Source: Gaiellaceae bacterium
GTDB lineage: Bacteria; Actinomycetota; Thermoleophilia; Gaiellales; Gaiellaceae
Assembly: GCA_035535195.1 (NCBI GenBank)
Contig: DATLQK010000026.1
Coordinates: forward strand, 42,408 to 106,407
DNA length: 64,000 bases
Reading direction: 5' to 3'
In this document: positions 9,509-18,572 of the stretch, piece by piece
Numbering within the stretch: position 1 is the first letter of the stretch
Layout of the letters: each line of letters begins with the position of its first letter
The notes under the pieces: generated by a model
What the model saw: the letters and a program-made list of their open reading frames with translations, nothing else
Databases searched by the model: none
Told to the model about the DNA's origin: nothing
Position numbers and translations under genes: made by a program

Positions 9509-11596
9509 CTACCTGGCCCGGCCGCGGCTGATGGTGACGCGAACCCTGGCGCCGCGGCGGAGCCGCAGTCCCGGCGCGGGGCGCTGCGCGATCACCCGCC
9601 CGCGTCTGACGCGGCGCGAGTATGCCCTGGCCACCGGGCCCAAGGCACATCCGGCCTTCGCGAGGCGCGCCTTCGCCGCGGCCAGCGTGAGGCCACGAAG
9701 CCGCGGCACAGAGCAGACGGGCTGCACGTTCGTGATCACGAACGGCCCGAGCACCGTCGTCTCGTTCCAGTTCCCGGCGTTGTCGCGGGACCGGATCCCG
9801 AACCACCAGGCGCCGGCGTCGAGCCTGGGGCTCGTCACCCGCCGCGCGCCTTCTTCCGCGTCCTTCACCTGGTCGACGGGGACGAGCGACTGTTTCGCCC
9901 AGCCGTAGGAGAAGCCGTCGAGGCCGCTGAGCGAGTCCGCGAGGGTGATCCAGTTGATCTCGACCGTGTGGTCGGCGGACGCGTACCCGGGCCGGTGCGT
10001 CGGGCTCGAAAGCGTCACGCGGGGCGGTGCGAAAGCGTCGATGAGGAAGGGGCCGGCGTGCACGGGGTCGCTCCAGTTGCCGGCGCCGTCCCGCGCGCGG
10101 ACGTGGAACCAGGTCGTCCCCTCCGGCACGACCGTCGCGTACGACGTCACGTTCTCTTCGACCTCCTTCACCTCGTCGGGCACGAACGAGGGGTCCGGTG
10201 AGACCGCAAAGGAGTACCCGTCGATGCCGCTCGGGTCGACCGCCCCGCCCCAGGAGATGGTGATCGCGCCGTTGTTCGTCCAGACGCCGGGCGTCGGTGA
10301 GGCGGCGGTGATCCCGAGCCCCGTGGGCGGCACGAGCTCCTGCGTCAGCGCGCGGAAGACGTTGACCCGGCCGGCGAAGGCGACCTTGCCCTGCAGCGAC
10401 GCGACCGTGTCGACGCTGTTCGTCAGGCTGCGCTTCAGCTCCACCGGCGTGAGGGAAGGTCGGTAGGCGAGCACGAGCGCGGCCGCGCCCGCGACGTGTG
10501 GGGTCGCCATCGAGGTGCCCTGGAGTGTCGCGTACGGCGTCGGCGGGCTGTCCGAGTAGTACGTGCTGTAGATGCTCTGGCCCGGCGCGGCGACGTCGAC
10601 GCTCGTGGCGCCCCAGTTCGAGAAGCCCGCGAGCGTGTCGTTCGACGCGGTCGCCGCTACGCAGAGGATGTTGTCGGCGAGGTTGCCGCACGGGTACGCC
10701 GGGTTGACGTCGTTGTTGTTCGCCTCGTTTCCTGCGGCGAAGACGAAGAGCGCGCCTGGACAGCGGTTGATCGCGTCCAGGATCGTCTGCGAGTACTCGT
10801 AGCTGCGGAAGCTGCCGTTGATCACCTTCGCGCCGTGGGCGCACGCGAAGTCGAACGCCTGGGCGACGTCGAAGTCGGTCAAGGTCTCGTCGCCGGCGCG
10901 GAGCGGCATCACGCTGACGTCCCAGTTCACGCCCGTGACGCCGACGGTGTTGTTGCCGACGGCGCCGATCGTCCCGGCGACGTGCGTGCCGTGGCCGTTC
11001 GTGTCCATCGGGTCGTCGTCCGGGTTCAGGCCGCCGGCGAAGTTCCAGCCGTGGACGTCGTCGACACGGCCGTCGCCGTCGTTGTCGAGGCCGTCGCCGG
11101 GGATCTCACCCGGATTCGTCCAGATGTTCCCGGCCAGGTCCGAGTGGGTGTAGTCGACCCCCGTGTCCACGACCGCGACCGTCACCCCGGCGCTGCCGGT
11201 CGTCAGGTCCCACGCCTCCGGCGCGTGGATCTTGTTCAGGCCCCAGAGCGTGTTGTCCAGGTACTTCGGGTCGTTCGGTGTCGTCGCCGTCAGCTCGTAG
11301 AGCTGGTTCGGCTCCGCCCACCGCACGTCCGGTCGCCGTTGCAGCGTGGCCGCGGTCGGCTCGACCGACGCGGCCGCGCCGAGACGCACGCGAACGAGGC
11401 CCGGACGGGTCGAGCGCTCGAGGACGCGGACGCCGAGCTCGGCGAGAACCCGGTTCCGCTCTGCCCGTGTCGTCGTCGGCTCGAACCGGACGACGAGCTC
11501 GTGCGCCGCGTATGACGAGGGGTCGGTCCCAGAGGGGAAGGCCGCTCCCGGGAACGCGAGCACGGCCAAGAGCGAAAGTGCGGCAAGACCCCGCAT
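9509..11596 (-). CDS. secreted subtilisin-like (S8) serine protease with I9-like propeptide, two FN3-like modules and a C-terminal PASTA-like domain
   Basis: 695 aa. Signal peptide MRGLAALSLLAVLAFPGAAFP. Catalytic triad blocks VAVVDTGVDYTHSDL, NGHGTHVAGTIGAVGNN, LQGTSMATPHVAGAAALV. Two modules end in ...RARDGAGNWS / SRDNAGNWN. The last 72 aa match the PASTA pattern (VPRLRGLTLAAAKARLAKAGC..G.V...RGRVIAQRPAPG...GARVRVTIS). Confidence 0.85.
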   Translation of the reverse strand: MRGLAALSLLAVLAFPGAAFPSGTDPSSYAAHELVVRFEPTTTRAERNRVLAELGVRVLERSTRPGLVRVRLGAAASVEPTAATLQRRPDVRWAEPNQLYELTATTPNDPKYLDNTLWGLNKIHAPEAWDLTTGSAGVTVAVVDTGVDYTHSDLAGNIWTNPGEIPGDGLDNDGDGRVDDVHGWNFAGGLNPDDDPMDTNGHGTHVAGTIGAVGNNTVGVTGVNWDVSVMPLRAGDETLTDFDVAQAFDFACAHGAKVINGSFRSYEYSQTILDAINRCPGALFVFAAGNEANNNDVNPAYPCGNLADNILCVAATASNDTLAGFSNWGATSVDVAAPGQSIYSTYYSDSPPTPYATLQGTSMATPHVAGAAALVLAYRPSLTPVELKRSLTNSVDTVASLQGKVAFAGRVNVFRALTQELVPPTGLGITAASPTPGVWTNNGAITISWGGAVDPSGIDGYSFAVSPDPSFVPDEVKEVEENVTSYATVVPEGTTWFHVRARDGAGNWSDPVHAGPFLIDAFAPPRVTLSSPTHRPGYASADHTVEINWITLADSLSGLDGFSYGWAKQSLVPVDQVKDAEEGARRVTSPRLDAGAWWFGIRSRDNAGNWNETTVLGPFVITNVQPVCSVPRLRGLTLAAAKARLAKAGCALGPVARAYSRRVRRGRVIAQRPAPGLRLRRGARVRVTISRGRAR

Positions 11597-11628
11597 TCCT
11601 GGGCTATCGCCCGGGATTCGGGCGACCT

Positions 11629-13023
11629 TTAGCGCCGCCGCTTGGGCTTCGGGCAGGCACCGAGCTTGTCACCGTGCCGGCGGTGCTTTCGCACCTGGTT
11701 CTTCCGCACCTTGAGCGTTCGCCCGCGGTGGCAGATCGCCACCCTCGTCACCTTCTTGACGACCTTCTTCTTCACCGGCTGAGGCGAGGCAATCACGGGC
11801 GGCGGCGGTGGCGGACGCGGCGGGGCGAGGCCCGCGCCGACCGCCCGGGCGACGTTCAGACGGCCGCCGGAGACGACCGGTAGAGCGAGCGGATCGACCG
11901 AGCCCAGCAGCGCCGACTTGACCTGCGCGGCGGTGAGAGCGGGATTCCGGCTCCAGACGAGCGCGGCGGCTCCCGCGACGTACGGCGTCGCCATCGACGT
12001 CCCGCTCGCCGAGTAGTAGTCGCCGTCCCTCCAGGTACTGAGGATGCTGACGCCGGGCGCGGCAAGGTCGACCGTCGTCGGGCCGACGTTCGAGAACCAG
12101 GCGAGCGCGTCCGTCGCGTCCGTGGCGGCGACGCAGACGACGTTCGGCTCGGGGTAGGCGCAGGGGAAGCTCGGCAGGGTGTCGTCGTTGGTCGCGCTGT
12201 TTCCGGCGGCGACGACGAACAGTGTCTCCGGGAACGCTTTGATCGCCTCCTCGAGCGCAGGGTCGTTCGGGGCGCCGCCGAGGCTCGCGTTGACGACACG
12301 CGCCCGCGAGGCGGCGTACCTGAAGCCTTCGGCGATCGTCGCCGTCGTGCCACGCCCCGATGAGTCCAGGACCCGGACCGGAAGCAGGCCGACGTTCCAG
12401 TTGACGCCGGTGACGCCTCGGCCGTCGTTACCGACGGCCCCGATGATCCCGGCGACATGGCTCCCGTGGCCGTGCTCGTCCCGCGGATCGTCGTCGTCGC
12501 CGACGAAGTCGTGCCCGCCGGGAACGACGTTCGGCGCCAGGTCGGGATGGTCGGGATCGACACCTGTGTCGGCGACGGCGACGGTGACGGACCGGCTGCC
12601 GGTGCCGGTGTCCCAGGCCGTTGGCGCGCCGATTCGCGCGAGGCCCCAGAGCTCGGCGAACCGGAGGTCGTTCGGGATCACCTGCGCGCGGTAGACGAAG
12701 TTCGGCTGCGCGCCCGCCACATCGGCGCGCAACTCGAACGACCGGACGGCGTCTGGCACGGACGTCCCGTCCGGGAGCCGGACGAGGGCGCTTCGCGGGG
12801 CGGCGAGCCGCTGCTCGAGGCTCGCCCCCTCGGACGCCAGAATCGACGTCTGCCCCGCCGTCCTGAGGCCCGGCTCGAACCGCACGATCAACTCGCCGGG
12901 GACGTACGCCATCGTGACGGAGGCAGCCGGGGCGCCCTGCGCCGCGATCATCGCGGCGCAGACCAGCGCTGAAAATCCAAGCAGCGCGGCGACCCCTCGC
13001 CCCACTTCCCCCATCACTCCCAA
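11629..13023 (-). CDS. secreted S8 serine protease with Pro-rich linker and polybasic Cys/His C-terminal tail
   Basis: 464 aa. Triad blocks VAVADTGVDPDHPDL, HGHGSHVAGIIGAVGND, ASGTSMATPYVAGAAALVWS. The tail reads PPRPPPPPPVIASPQPVKKKVVKKVTRVAICHRGRTLKVRKNQVRKHRRHGDKLGACPKPKRRR. Confidence 0.85.
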   Translation of the reverse strand: MGVMGEVGRGVAALLGFSALVCAAMIAAQGAPAASVTMAYVPGELIVRFEPGLRTAGQTSILASEGASLEQRLAAPRSALVRLPDGTSVPDAVRSFELRADVAGAQPNFVYRAQVIPNDLRFAELWGLARIGAPTAWDTGTGSRSVTVAVADTGVDPDHPDLAPNVVPGGHDFVGDDDDPRDEHGHGSHVAGIIGAVGNDGRGVTGVNWNVGLLPVRVLDSSGRGTTATIAEGFRYAASRARVVNASLGGAPNDPALEEAIKAFPETLFVVAAGNSATNDDTLPSFPCAYPEPNVVCVAATDATDALAWFSNVGPTTVDLAAPGVSILSTWRDGDYYSASGTSMATPYVAGAAALVWSRNPALTAAQVKSALLGSVDPLALPVVSGGRLNVARAVGAGLAPPRPPPPPPVIASPQPVKKKVVKKVTRVAICHRGRTLKVRKNQVRKHRRHGDKLGACPKPKRRR

Positions 13024-13101
13024 GCGTTGCAGCGGGGACGTCGCGTGCCTATAGGCCGACCGACCTATTCGCAGCTAGGCCGGTCCTACCCCGTTCGAGC
13101 G

Positions 13102-15096
13102 CTAGCGCCGCTTCTTCTTCGGCTTGCGGCAGCGGCCGAGCTTGTCCCCATGCTTCCGGTGCTTCTTCACGGCGCTCTTCACGACCTTGATCGTCCGCCC
13201 CCGGTGACAGAGCGTGACTTTGACGACCTTCTTCTTCGCGGGACGCGGCGCGGGCGGCCGAGGCGCCACTGGAGGCGGCGGCGGAGGCGGCGGGAGTGCC
13301 GGAGGTGGAGGCAGAGGCGGAGGAGGCGGCGGCGGAGCCGTCAGCGCGGTGAGTGCCTTGTCTGCGTTCAGCCGACCCGAGGTGGAGACCTCCGTCCCGA
13401 GTGCCGGCTTCACGTCGACCGAGCTCAGGAGCGCGTTTCGCACCTCGTCGACCGTGGCCGCCGGCTTCTTCGCCCACAGCAGCGCAGCCACGCCCGCGAC
13501 ATGCGGCGTGGCCATGGACGTCCCGGCGATGGAGTTGAAGTCGGACGCGTCGTAGCTGGTGCTGAGGCAGCGGACGGTGGCGTCGTCGACATGCACGCCC
13601 TCGTCGTTCACGGAGCCGTCGCTGCGGAGACCGAGGCGGAGGTACAGCGTCGCCGCCCCGTCGAACTCGGAGAGGCTGTCGTCGAACTCGAACCAGGTGT
13701 CGGGATAGCCGATGGTCTCGCCACCCCAAATCGCCGCGTCAGAGAAGGTCGTCCCGTTCGTGGAGCCGCTGATCACGAAGTAGTCGAACGGCCACCCCTC
13801 GGTCTGGAGCTTCATCCAGTACGCGATCTGGCAGCCGAACCGGCCCGACAGGTTGATCGGGTTCACGGTCTGGAACCAGTTGTTCGTACCGAGTGCGTAC
13901 TGCGTCCCCGGCGAGTCGGTCACGCTCCAGGCGCCGAACAGCTTCGACTCCTGGGTCCTTGCCCAGGTGTTCGGCGTGCCGCCGGCAACCCAAGAGCCCG
14001 CTGCCTCGAACCCGTCGCTGAAGACCGAGTCATACGCCGGCCAGGTGCTGAGGATCTCGACACCCGGCGCCGCCAGATCGACGTTCGTCGTGCCGTAGTT
14101 CGAGAACGACGCGAGCACATCGTTCTCGTCCGTCGCCGCGACACAGATCAAGTTGGCAGCGGGGTAGTTGCACGGATAGGTCGGAACCGCGTCGTTGTTG
14201 TTCGCCGCGTTGCCGGCCGCTACGACGAAGAGCGTGTTCGGATGGCCCGAGATCGCGGCGCTCTCCGTCGACGAGAAGCATCCGAACCCCATGCAGCCGA
14301 GGCTCGCGTTGACGACCTTGGCGCCGTGCTCGACCGCCCAGACGTACCCATTCGTGACCGAGGCGGTCGTGCCGCTCCCGTTCGCGTCGAGCACGCGGAC
14401 CGGCATCAGGCTGACGTTCCAGTTGACGCCGCTCACACCTCCGGCGTTGTTTCCTTTCGCGCCGATCGTCCCGGCGACGTGCGTCCCGTGTCCGTTGAGG
14501 TCACGAGGGTCGTTGTCGTTCCCGATGAAGTCCCACCCGGACCCGCGCAGGACGTTGTCGACGAGCTCCGGATGGTCGTAGGCGATTCCTGTGTCCACGA
14601 CGGCGACCACGACGTCCTTGCTGCCCGTCGTCTGCTCCCACGCCTCGGGCGCGTCGATGTCTGCGTCGGGCGTTCCGGCAACGGCGTCGATCTGCTGGCC
14701 CGTGTTGTTCAGGCCCCAGAGCTCGGCGAAGCGCGTGTCGTTCGGGATCCCCTGCGCGTGGTAGATCCGGTTCGGCTCCGCGTACTGGACGTCGGGCGTC
14801 GCCTCGAGCGCTCGAACCGCGGAGTCGACGGAGACGCCGTCCGGCAGCTCGAGGAGCTCTGCGCGGGGAACGAGCAGGAACTGCTTGCGCGTCGCGTCGA
14901 TCGAGTTGACGACGGCGGCGCGCCCGGCCCGGTCGACACCCGCCCTGTAGCGGACGATCAGCTCGCCTGGCACGAACAGCGATTCCGAGTCGCCGCTAGT
15001 CAGTCCATGAGCGGGGCGAACGGCCCCCGAGGCGCCGGCGGCAGCGACCAGAAAGAGTGCGGCCCAGATCCCGATGAGCGCCGCAGCTTTGGCCAT
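13102..15096 (-). CDS. secreted S8 serine protease with ~165-aa insertion before the catalytic Ser, polyproline linker and polybasic Cys/His tail
   Basis: The track ORF 13102..15249 has an improbable N-terminus. The internal ATG at 15096 gives MAKAAALIGIWAALFLVAAAGASGA, a signal peptide. Triad blocks VAVVDTGIAYDHPEL, NGHGTHVAGTIGAKGNN, IAGTSMATPHVAGVAALLWA. The tail reads ...PPPPPPPLPPPPALPPPPPPPPVAPRPPAPRPAKKKVVKVTLCHRGRTIKVVKSAVKKHRKHGDKLGRCRKPKKKRR. Confidence 0.85.
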   Translation of the reverse strand: MAKAAALIGIWAALFLVAAAGASGAVRPAHGLTSGDSESLFVPGELIVRYRAGVDRAGRAAVVNSIDATRKQFLLVPRAELLELPDGVSVDSAVRALEATPDVQYAEPNRIYHAQGIPNDTRFAELWGLNNTGQQIDAVAGTPDADIDAPEAWEQTTGSKDVVVAVVDTGIAYDHPELVDNVLRGSGWDFIGNDNDPRDLNGHGTHVAGTIGAKGNNAGGVSGVNWNVSLMPVRVLDANGSGTTASVTNGYVWAVEHGAKVVNASLGCMGFGCFSSTESAAISGHPNTLFVVAAGNAANNNDAVPTYPCNYPAANLICVAATDENDVLASFSNYGTTNVDLAAPGVEILSTWPAYDSVFSDGFEAAGSWVAGGTPNTWARTQESKLFGAWSVTDSPGTQYALGTNNWFQTVNPINLSGRFGCQIAYWMKLQTEGWPFDYFVISGSTNGTTFSDAAIWGGETIGYPDTWFEFDDSLSEFDGAATLYLRLGLRSDGSVNDEGVHVDDATVRCLSTSYDASDFNSIAGTSMATPHVAGVAALLWAKKPAATVDEVRNALLSSVDVKPALGTEVSTSGRLNADKALTALTAPPPPPPPLPPPPALPPPPPPPPVAPRPPAPRPAKKKVVKVTLCHRGRTIKVVKSAVKKHRKHGDKLGRCRKPKKKRR

Positions 15097-15145
15097 CGAC
15101 CGCCAGCCTGCCACCTTTTTTGGACGGTTCCAACCCGCCGATCGG

Positions 15146-15445
15146 CTAGGAAGGCTCTGCTTTTGGCGCCTGGTCGGCTGCGGCTGCGTAGGCCAGCTGA
15201 AGGTTCGCGACCACCTGGTTGAAGTCGCGCAGGACCTCGTCGGGCACATCGCCTTCGAGCGCCCCGAGCAGCGCGCGCATCCCCTCGATCGCGAGGCGCG
15301 CCTGGTCGAGGTCCCTCGTCGGCTCGTCGAGCTTCGCGAAGCCGAGCTGAGCCAGCGTCGCCGCGGTCGACAGAAGCAGGTCGGCGACCTTCATGTTGCG
15401 GACCGCCTCCAGCAGCTCCTCGGTCGTTGGCTCCCTACCTTCCAA
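15146..15445 (-). CDS. DUF1844-like small acidic protein
   Basis: 99 aa. EELLEAVRNMKVADLLLSTAATLAQLGFAKL resembles DUF1844 as I remember it. It overlaps the stop of the upstream ligase gene by 11 nt. Confidence 0.6.
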   Translation of the reverse strand: MEGREPTTEELLEAVRNMKVADLLLSTAATLAQLGFAKLDEPTRDLDQARLAIEGMRALLGALEGDVPDEVLRDFNQVVANLQLAYAAAADQAPKAEPS

Positions 15446-16592
15446 CGGCCTCCTTCGGGCGCACCTGCTCGGCGTAGATCTCCTCGAGCGTGGCGCCCTT
15501 CTCGTACCGCGCGATCTGCCGCTCGGCCGCGTTCTGCGCAGGCACGTTGAGGAACGGCGCGGCCCCGATCTCCTCCGCGACCGGCAGGGCCCACTCGATC
15601 AGCTGCTCGATCCGCTTGCGCTTCTCCACGAGCTCGCCGGTCTCGAGGTCGATGAAGTCGCCGCCGAGTCCCCAGCGGATCGCGCGCCAGAAGTTCTCCT
15701 CGATCAGCCGGTGCGGCGGGAGCGGCAGCGGCTCGCCCTCGTCAAGCGCCCTGGCGGTGCGGGCGGCGAGGGCGTACATCAGCGCGGCGAGCGAGCGAGC
15801 CTCACCCAGGTCCGGCTGTGAGTCGCAGATGCGGATCTCGACTGTCGGGAAGGCCAGGTGCGGCCGGATGCTCCACCAGATCTGGGTGTGCTCGAGGATC
15901 GAGCCGGTGTCGTAGAGCAGGCGCACGTAGCGCTCGTACTCGTCCCAGCTGCCGTAGGCGTCCGGGATCCCGCAGCGCGGGAAGAGCTTCGTGAAGATCT
16001 CCGTTCGCGCGGAGTGCAGGTGCGTGAAGACGTTCTCAGTGAACGGCGAGCTCGCGGAGACGGCGAGCAGCTCGGGCAGCAGGTGCCGCATGTGGTCGCA
16101 GACGCGGATCGCCCGGTCGGCCCCGTTGACCGCGACATGCACGTGGAGCCCGAACGAGTTGTTCCGCCAGACGACCCAGCGAAGGTACTCGTCGTTCCGC
16201 CGGTAGTGCGGCGTGTCGATGATGCGCTGTTCCTGCCACGGGCTCCAAGGGTGCGTGCCCGTGCCGCCGAGCACGACACCGAGCTGGTCGGCGAGCGCAC
16301 GGATCTGGTCACGCCGCTCGCTCATCCGCGACGCTGCCTCGGCGAAGCCCTCGCAGCGGCCGGTGCGGACTTCGACCTCGGATGCGATCAGCTCACCGAC
16401 GAGATGCTCCTCGAGCTCAGTGCCTCGTGCCGCCGCCTCCAGCTCCTCGAAGCGGTTCGTCAGCGAGAGCGTCTCCGGCTCGAGGATCGCGAACTCCTCC
16501 TCGACGGCAACGGTGAAGTCCTCGGTCGTCTCGAATGCGTCGCGCGCCGCCCGGAGCTGCTCCTCCGGGGCGAGCCGCTGCTCGTCGCCCAT
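15435..16592 (-). CDS. carboxylate-amine ligase, glutamate-cysteine ligase family 2 (GCS2/YbdK-like)
   Basis: 385 aa. FTVAVEEEFAILEPE...ELIASEVEVRT...GTGTHPWSPW...FGLHVHVAV...SSPF... are typical GCS2 blocks. Confidence 0.85.
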   Translation of the reverse strand: MGDEQRLAPEEQLRAARDAFETTEDFTVAVEEEFAILEPETLSLTNRFEELEAAARGTELEEHLVGELIASEVEVRTGRCEGFAEAASRMSERRDQIRALADQLGVVLGGTGTHPWSPWQEQRIIDTPHYRRNDEYLRWVVWRNNSFGLHVHVAVNGADRAIRVCDHMRHLLPELLAVSASSPFTENVFTHLHSARTEIFTKLFPRCGIPDAYGSWDEYERYVRLLYDTGSILEHTQIWWSIRPHLAFPTVEIRICDSQPDLGEARSLAALMYALAARTARALDEGEPLPLPPHRLIEENFWRAIRWGLGGDFIDLETGELVEKRKRIEQLIEWALPVAEEIGAAPFLNVPAQNAAERQIARYEKGATLEEIYAEQVRPKEAVGR

Positions 16593-16604
16593 AGGCGCAG
16601 AAGG

Positions 16605-17831
16605 TTACGTAAAGGGTTCGAGCAGACGATCGGCGACATGGGCCCACGACCAGCGCTCCTCGGCCACGCGCCTGGCCGTCTCCGCCAAGCGCGTACGCTC
16701 GTCCGCAGGGAGCGCCAGCGTCCCTCGCAGCTTCGCCGTGAGGTCGGCGACGTTCCCCGACTCGAACCCGGCCGGGACGCCTGCGTCCTCCAGCGCCTCC
16801 GCGATCTCGGCCAGGCCCGAGTGGCGGGCGACGAGCGGGAGCGAACCACCCGCCGCTGCCTCCGCCGCGACCATCCCAAAGGCCTCGGGGAAGATCGAGG
16901 GGACGACGGTGACGTCGGCGAGCGGGATCAGGTGCACCAGATGCCGGTGGTCGAGCGGGCCGGTGAAGAGCACGCTGTCGCCGGCCATCCGCTCCAGCTC
17001 CGCGCGGTAGTCGCCGAAGCCGACGACGACGGCACGGGAGTCGACGTCGCGGAGGGCCTCGAGCAGGAGCTGGACGCCCTTGTTCCGCAGGAGCTTGCCG
17101 AAGTACAGGACGGTCGGCTCGACGCCCGCCAAGAACTCGGCGAGATGCTCCGCGTTCCCCTCGTCCGGGAGGCGCTCGGACCGATTGCCGGGGTTGGGCG
17201 GATCCCGCCGGGCCTCGGCCACGAGCTCCCTGAGGGCCTGCTCACGCGGCTCGGGCCGGAACGCCTCGACGTCGACCCCCGGCGGAACCTCGTGCACGCG
17301 GTCGATGTGGCCCACGACCTCCTCGAGGACGTGACGGATGTGCTCGGAGCCGACGAAGACCGCCTTCGCCGCGCGGAGCGACTCGCGCCCCCAGGCGGAG
17401 AGGTCGGCGTTGCCGCGCATGGCGTACTCGAGCTCGGACCCGTGTGCCTTCACGGCGAACGGCAGCCCGCTCGCGGTTCCGACAGGCCCGCCGAGCAGGA
17501 CGTGGTTCGCGAACACGAGGTCGGCCGGCGCGAGCTCGCGCAGCGCGGCCGCGTTCGCTGCGACGAACCGGTCCCGTTCCTCGTCGGTCAGCTCCGGCAG
17601 CAGCTTGACCTCGAGGCCCTCGTACCGGTCCAGCACGAACACCGGGAGCAGGCCGCCGATGTCCGGCCGCACGGTCTGCGCGCCGCCGAGGTCGTACTGC
17701 TCGGGCTGCGGCTCCTGGCTCACGACGACGACGTCGTGCCCCGCGCGGCTCCACTCGCGCGCGACAGCGCGGGTGTAGACGTTCGAGCCGGTCCCTCCGA
17801 GGAGGTACCCGTGCCAGAGGAGGATGCGCAT
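16605..17831 (-). CDS. GT4-family (GT-B) glycosyltransferase
   Basis: 408 aa. MRILLWHGYLLGGTGSNVYTRAVAREWSRAGHDVVVVSQEP is a GT4 N-terminal domain. PSIFPEAFGMVAAEAAAGGSLPLVARHSGLAEI carries the E-x7-E region. Confidence 0.85.
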   Translation of the reverse strand: MRILLWHGYLLGGTGSNVYTRAVAREWSRAGHDVVVVSQEPQPEQYDLGGAQTVRPDIGGLLPVFVLDRYEGLEVKLLPELTDEERDRFVAANAAALRELAPADLVFANHVLLGGPVGTASGLPFAVKAHGSELEYAMRGNADLSAWGRESLRAAKAVFVGSEHIRHVLEEVVGHIDRVHEVPPGVDVEAFRPEPREQALRELVAEARRDPPNPGNRSERLPDEGNAEHLAEFLAGVEPTVLYFGKLLRNKGVQLLLEALRDVDSRAVVVGFGDYRAELERMAGDSVLFTGPLDHRHLVHLIPLADVTVVPSIFPEAFGMVAAEAAAGGSLPLVARHSGLAEIAEALEDAGVPAGFESGNVADLTAKLRGTLALPADERTRLAETARRVAEERWSWAHVADRLLEPFT

Positions 17832-17879
17832 AGGGGCGCGATTTCACCAGAACCGGTGAAGCGCGTCTGCGCTTTCGGC

Positions 17880-18530
17880 CTACGCCAGGTGGAAGTAGAG
17901 CGCGTAGAGCAGCTCGACGGCCGGGTTGCTCGTGTGCACGGCGACGTCGGAGGGAACGTCGAGGAGGGCTTCGGAGTAGTTGAAGATGATCCGCACGCCG
18001 GCGTCGACGAGGTCGTCGGCCGCGGACTGCGCGTTGTCGGCGGGGACTGCGAGCACGCCGACGACGATATTCTTCTCGCGCACGGCGTCGCGGAGCCCGC
18101 CGTAGTCGTCGACCGGAACATTGCCGACGCTCCGCCCCACCTTGTCGGGATCCTTGTCGAACACGGCCGCGATGTTGATCCCGTGCTCGGCGAAGATCGG
18201 CGAGCTCGCGATCGCCTCGCCGAGGCGCCCGGCGCCGACCAGCGCGATGTTGTGCTGGCCCTGGGTCCGAAGGATGCGGCGAATCTCGCCGAGCAGCCCG
18301 TCGACGCTGTAGCCGACGCCCCGCTTGCCGAATTTCCCGAACGCAGAGAGGTCGCGGCGAATCTGCGTCGCGTTGATGTTCGTGTAGTCCGAGATCTCCT
18401 GGGAGGAGATCCGGTCCTTGCCCATCTTCCGCGCCTGCGTGAGCACCTGGAGATAGCGGCTCAGCCTCGCCGCCACACCGACCGTCAGACGCTCTGGGAC
18501 CCCGCTCTGCGGTGGAGCTTGTAACACCAC
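17880..18530 (-). CDS. rex: redox-sensing transcriptional repressor Rex
   Basis: 216 aa. RLSRYLQVLTQARKMGKDRISSQEISDYTNINATQIRRDLSAFGKFGKRGVGYSV is the winged helix. The NADH Rossmann domain reads NIALVGAGRLGEAI. Confidence 0.9.
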   Translation of the reverse strand: MVLQAPPQSGVPERLTVGVAARLSRYLQVLTQARKMGKDRISSQEISDYTNINATQIRRDLSAFGKFGKRGVGYSVDGLLGEIRRILRTQGQHNIALVGAGRLGEAIASSPIFAEHGINIAAVFDKDPDKVGRSVGNVPVDDYGGLRDAVREKNIVVGVLAVPADNAQSAADDLVDAGVRIIFNYSEALLDVPSDVAVHTSNPAVELLYALYFHLA

Positions 18531-18572
18531 ACAAGCATTGTGCCTACCCCCATCAGTGCGCGGAGTAGGAAG

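Noticed and set aside
13240-13338. A (GGN)n/(CCN)n low-complexity tract that looks like a microsatellite or tandem repeat.
   Set aside because: It is in frame within protease 3 and encodes the polyproline linker. It is not an independent repeat element.
18505-18572. A possible Rex operator around the rex start (GCTTGT-N8-ACAAGC, CACAA-TGC-TTGTG).
   Set aside because: The spacing and orientation do not match the TTGTGAA-N4-TTCACAA consensus. I cannot support it without a matrix scan.
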